From: Promethearchaeota archaeon
Lineage (GTDB): Archaea; Asgardarchaeota; Lokiarchaeia; Sigyniarchaeales; SOKP01
Direction: 5' to 3'
Length of the DNA stretch: 16,836 bases
Assembly (NCBI GenBank): GCA_019057865.1
Contig: JAHLWP010000058.1
Coordinates: 1 to 16,836, forward strand
A model generated the notes under the pieces. That model saw nothing but the letters and a program-made list of their open reading frames with translations, was not told the origin of the DNA and did not search any database. Below are positions 16,015 to 16,836 of the stretch, one piece after another (position 1 is the stretch's first letter; each line of letters begins with the position of its first letter). The translations under genes and the position numbers were made by a program.

Positions 16015-16442
16015 TTAAAATAATAGATTTTTCTCTATGTATCTTAATACGAAATTTTTATCATCAATGTATTTATAGATATAAGGCTCTATTTTATTTA
16101 AGATATTTTTATATTCCTTTTGATAATAAGAGATATTATATCTTTCTGCATGATAATCTTGTAAAAAATCTTCAATATTGGTATATTTCTTTCTCCCAGC
16201 CATTATATGATTAATGATTTGAAATTCGATTGGCTTTTCATATTTTATTTTACCATTTTCAAATTCTGGATGATTCTTTAGCCACATAATCTCTTCATTT
16301 GAAAATTTCTGATTGTATTTTTGACATATCATTTTATTTTTCAATCTTGGATGTTCGCTATAAAAACCCTTAGTTGTTATTTTATTGCAAATTGTACAGG
16401 CAGATTTTTTAGATATGTTCTTTGAAAATCGAAAATTAACAA
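16015..16442 (-). pseudogene. Hypothetical gene with a degenerate N-terminal Zn-ribbon, probably frameshifted
   Basis: The frame of ORF 16015..16344 stays open upstream to ~16443 (…KKSACTICNKITTKGFYSEHPRLKNKMICQKY…) with no start codon. A TTG at 16442 in another frame joins if the A6 run (+ strand T6 at 16405-16410) gains one base. Confidence 0.4.
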
Positions 16443-16714
16443 CTTACTCTTAATCTTACCGAGAAAGGTCAGAATTTTTAAAATTATTTATTGCAGGTTT
16501 TAAATTTTCATAGAATATCAAACTTAGTTAAAAATTTATTATTGATTTAAAAAGAGTTATAATTCTTAACTGGTTAATCGTGAAACAGTTCTTCAAGTTT
16601 CTTTTCTTTAAATTCTGTCTTATTAATGCATAGGATGCTCAAAATTATAAATTATTTTAAATCCTTGAGTATTCACGATTATTTAGTTTTGAAATTAACT
16701 TGTGAATTATTAAC

Positions 16715-16775
16715 AAATTTTTCCTTTAAATATGAGAAACAAGTTATTGTGTTAAAATTTTTTCTTTATATATGA
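16715..16775 (+). repeat. Two 21-bp direct repeats, 40-bp period
   Basis: AAATTTTTCCTTTAAATATGA (16715-16735) and AAATTTTTTCTTTATATATGA (16755-16775), 19/21 identical. Each contains a TTTAWATA TATA-box-like core. Confidence 0.5.
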
Positions 16776-16836
16776 TATTGGAAAAATTATATTATCTCAT
16801 TTCGTTCTAACAGTAATATTTATAATGTTATATTAC

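Noticed and set aside
16440-16836. CRISPR array or leader
   Set aside because: Only two imperfect 21-bp repeats with a 19-nt spacer, and no cas genes.

Overview
Very AT-rich prokaryotic DNA. Gene content and style point to an archaeon, most likely an Asgard (Lokiarchaeia-like) lineage; this is inference from the CofD/CofE, LipS1/LipS2 and MBL-TPR genes, not a search result. There are three blocks. (1) <3-6657 (+): a MoxR AAA+/DUF58(vWA) membrane operon with two tandem DUF4129-like paralogues (one membrane-anchored, one soluble), a DUF4350-type membrane protein and an unknown polytopic coiled-coil protein. The DUF58 gene seems to start at a non-canonical ATT codon. (2) 6679-11893 (-): a tightly packed cofactor operon, lipS2 - lipoate ligase-family gene - lipS1 - cofE/nitroreductase fusion (FbiB-like) - cofD, joining lipoate and F420 biosynthesis. 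(3) 12022 to the end: a bacterial-type leuS that breaks off inside its editing domain, then an AT-rich accessory or decayed segment with a frameshifted radical SAM/SPASM remnant, endonuclease III, an MBL-fold-TPR hydrolase and a degenerate Zn-ribbon gene. No rRNA, tRNA, CRISPR array, integrase or transposase was seen.
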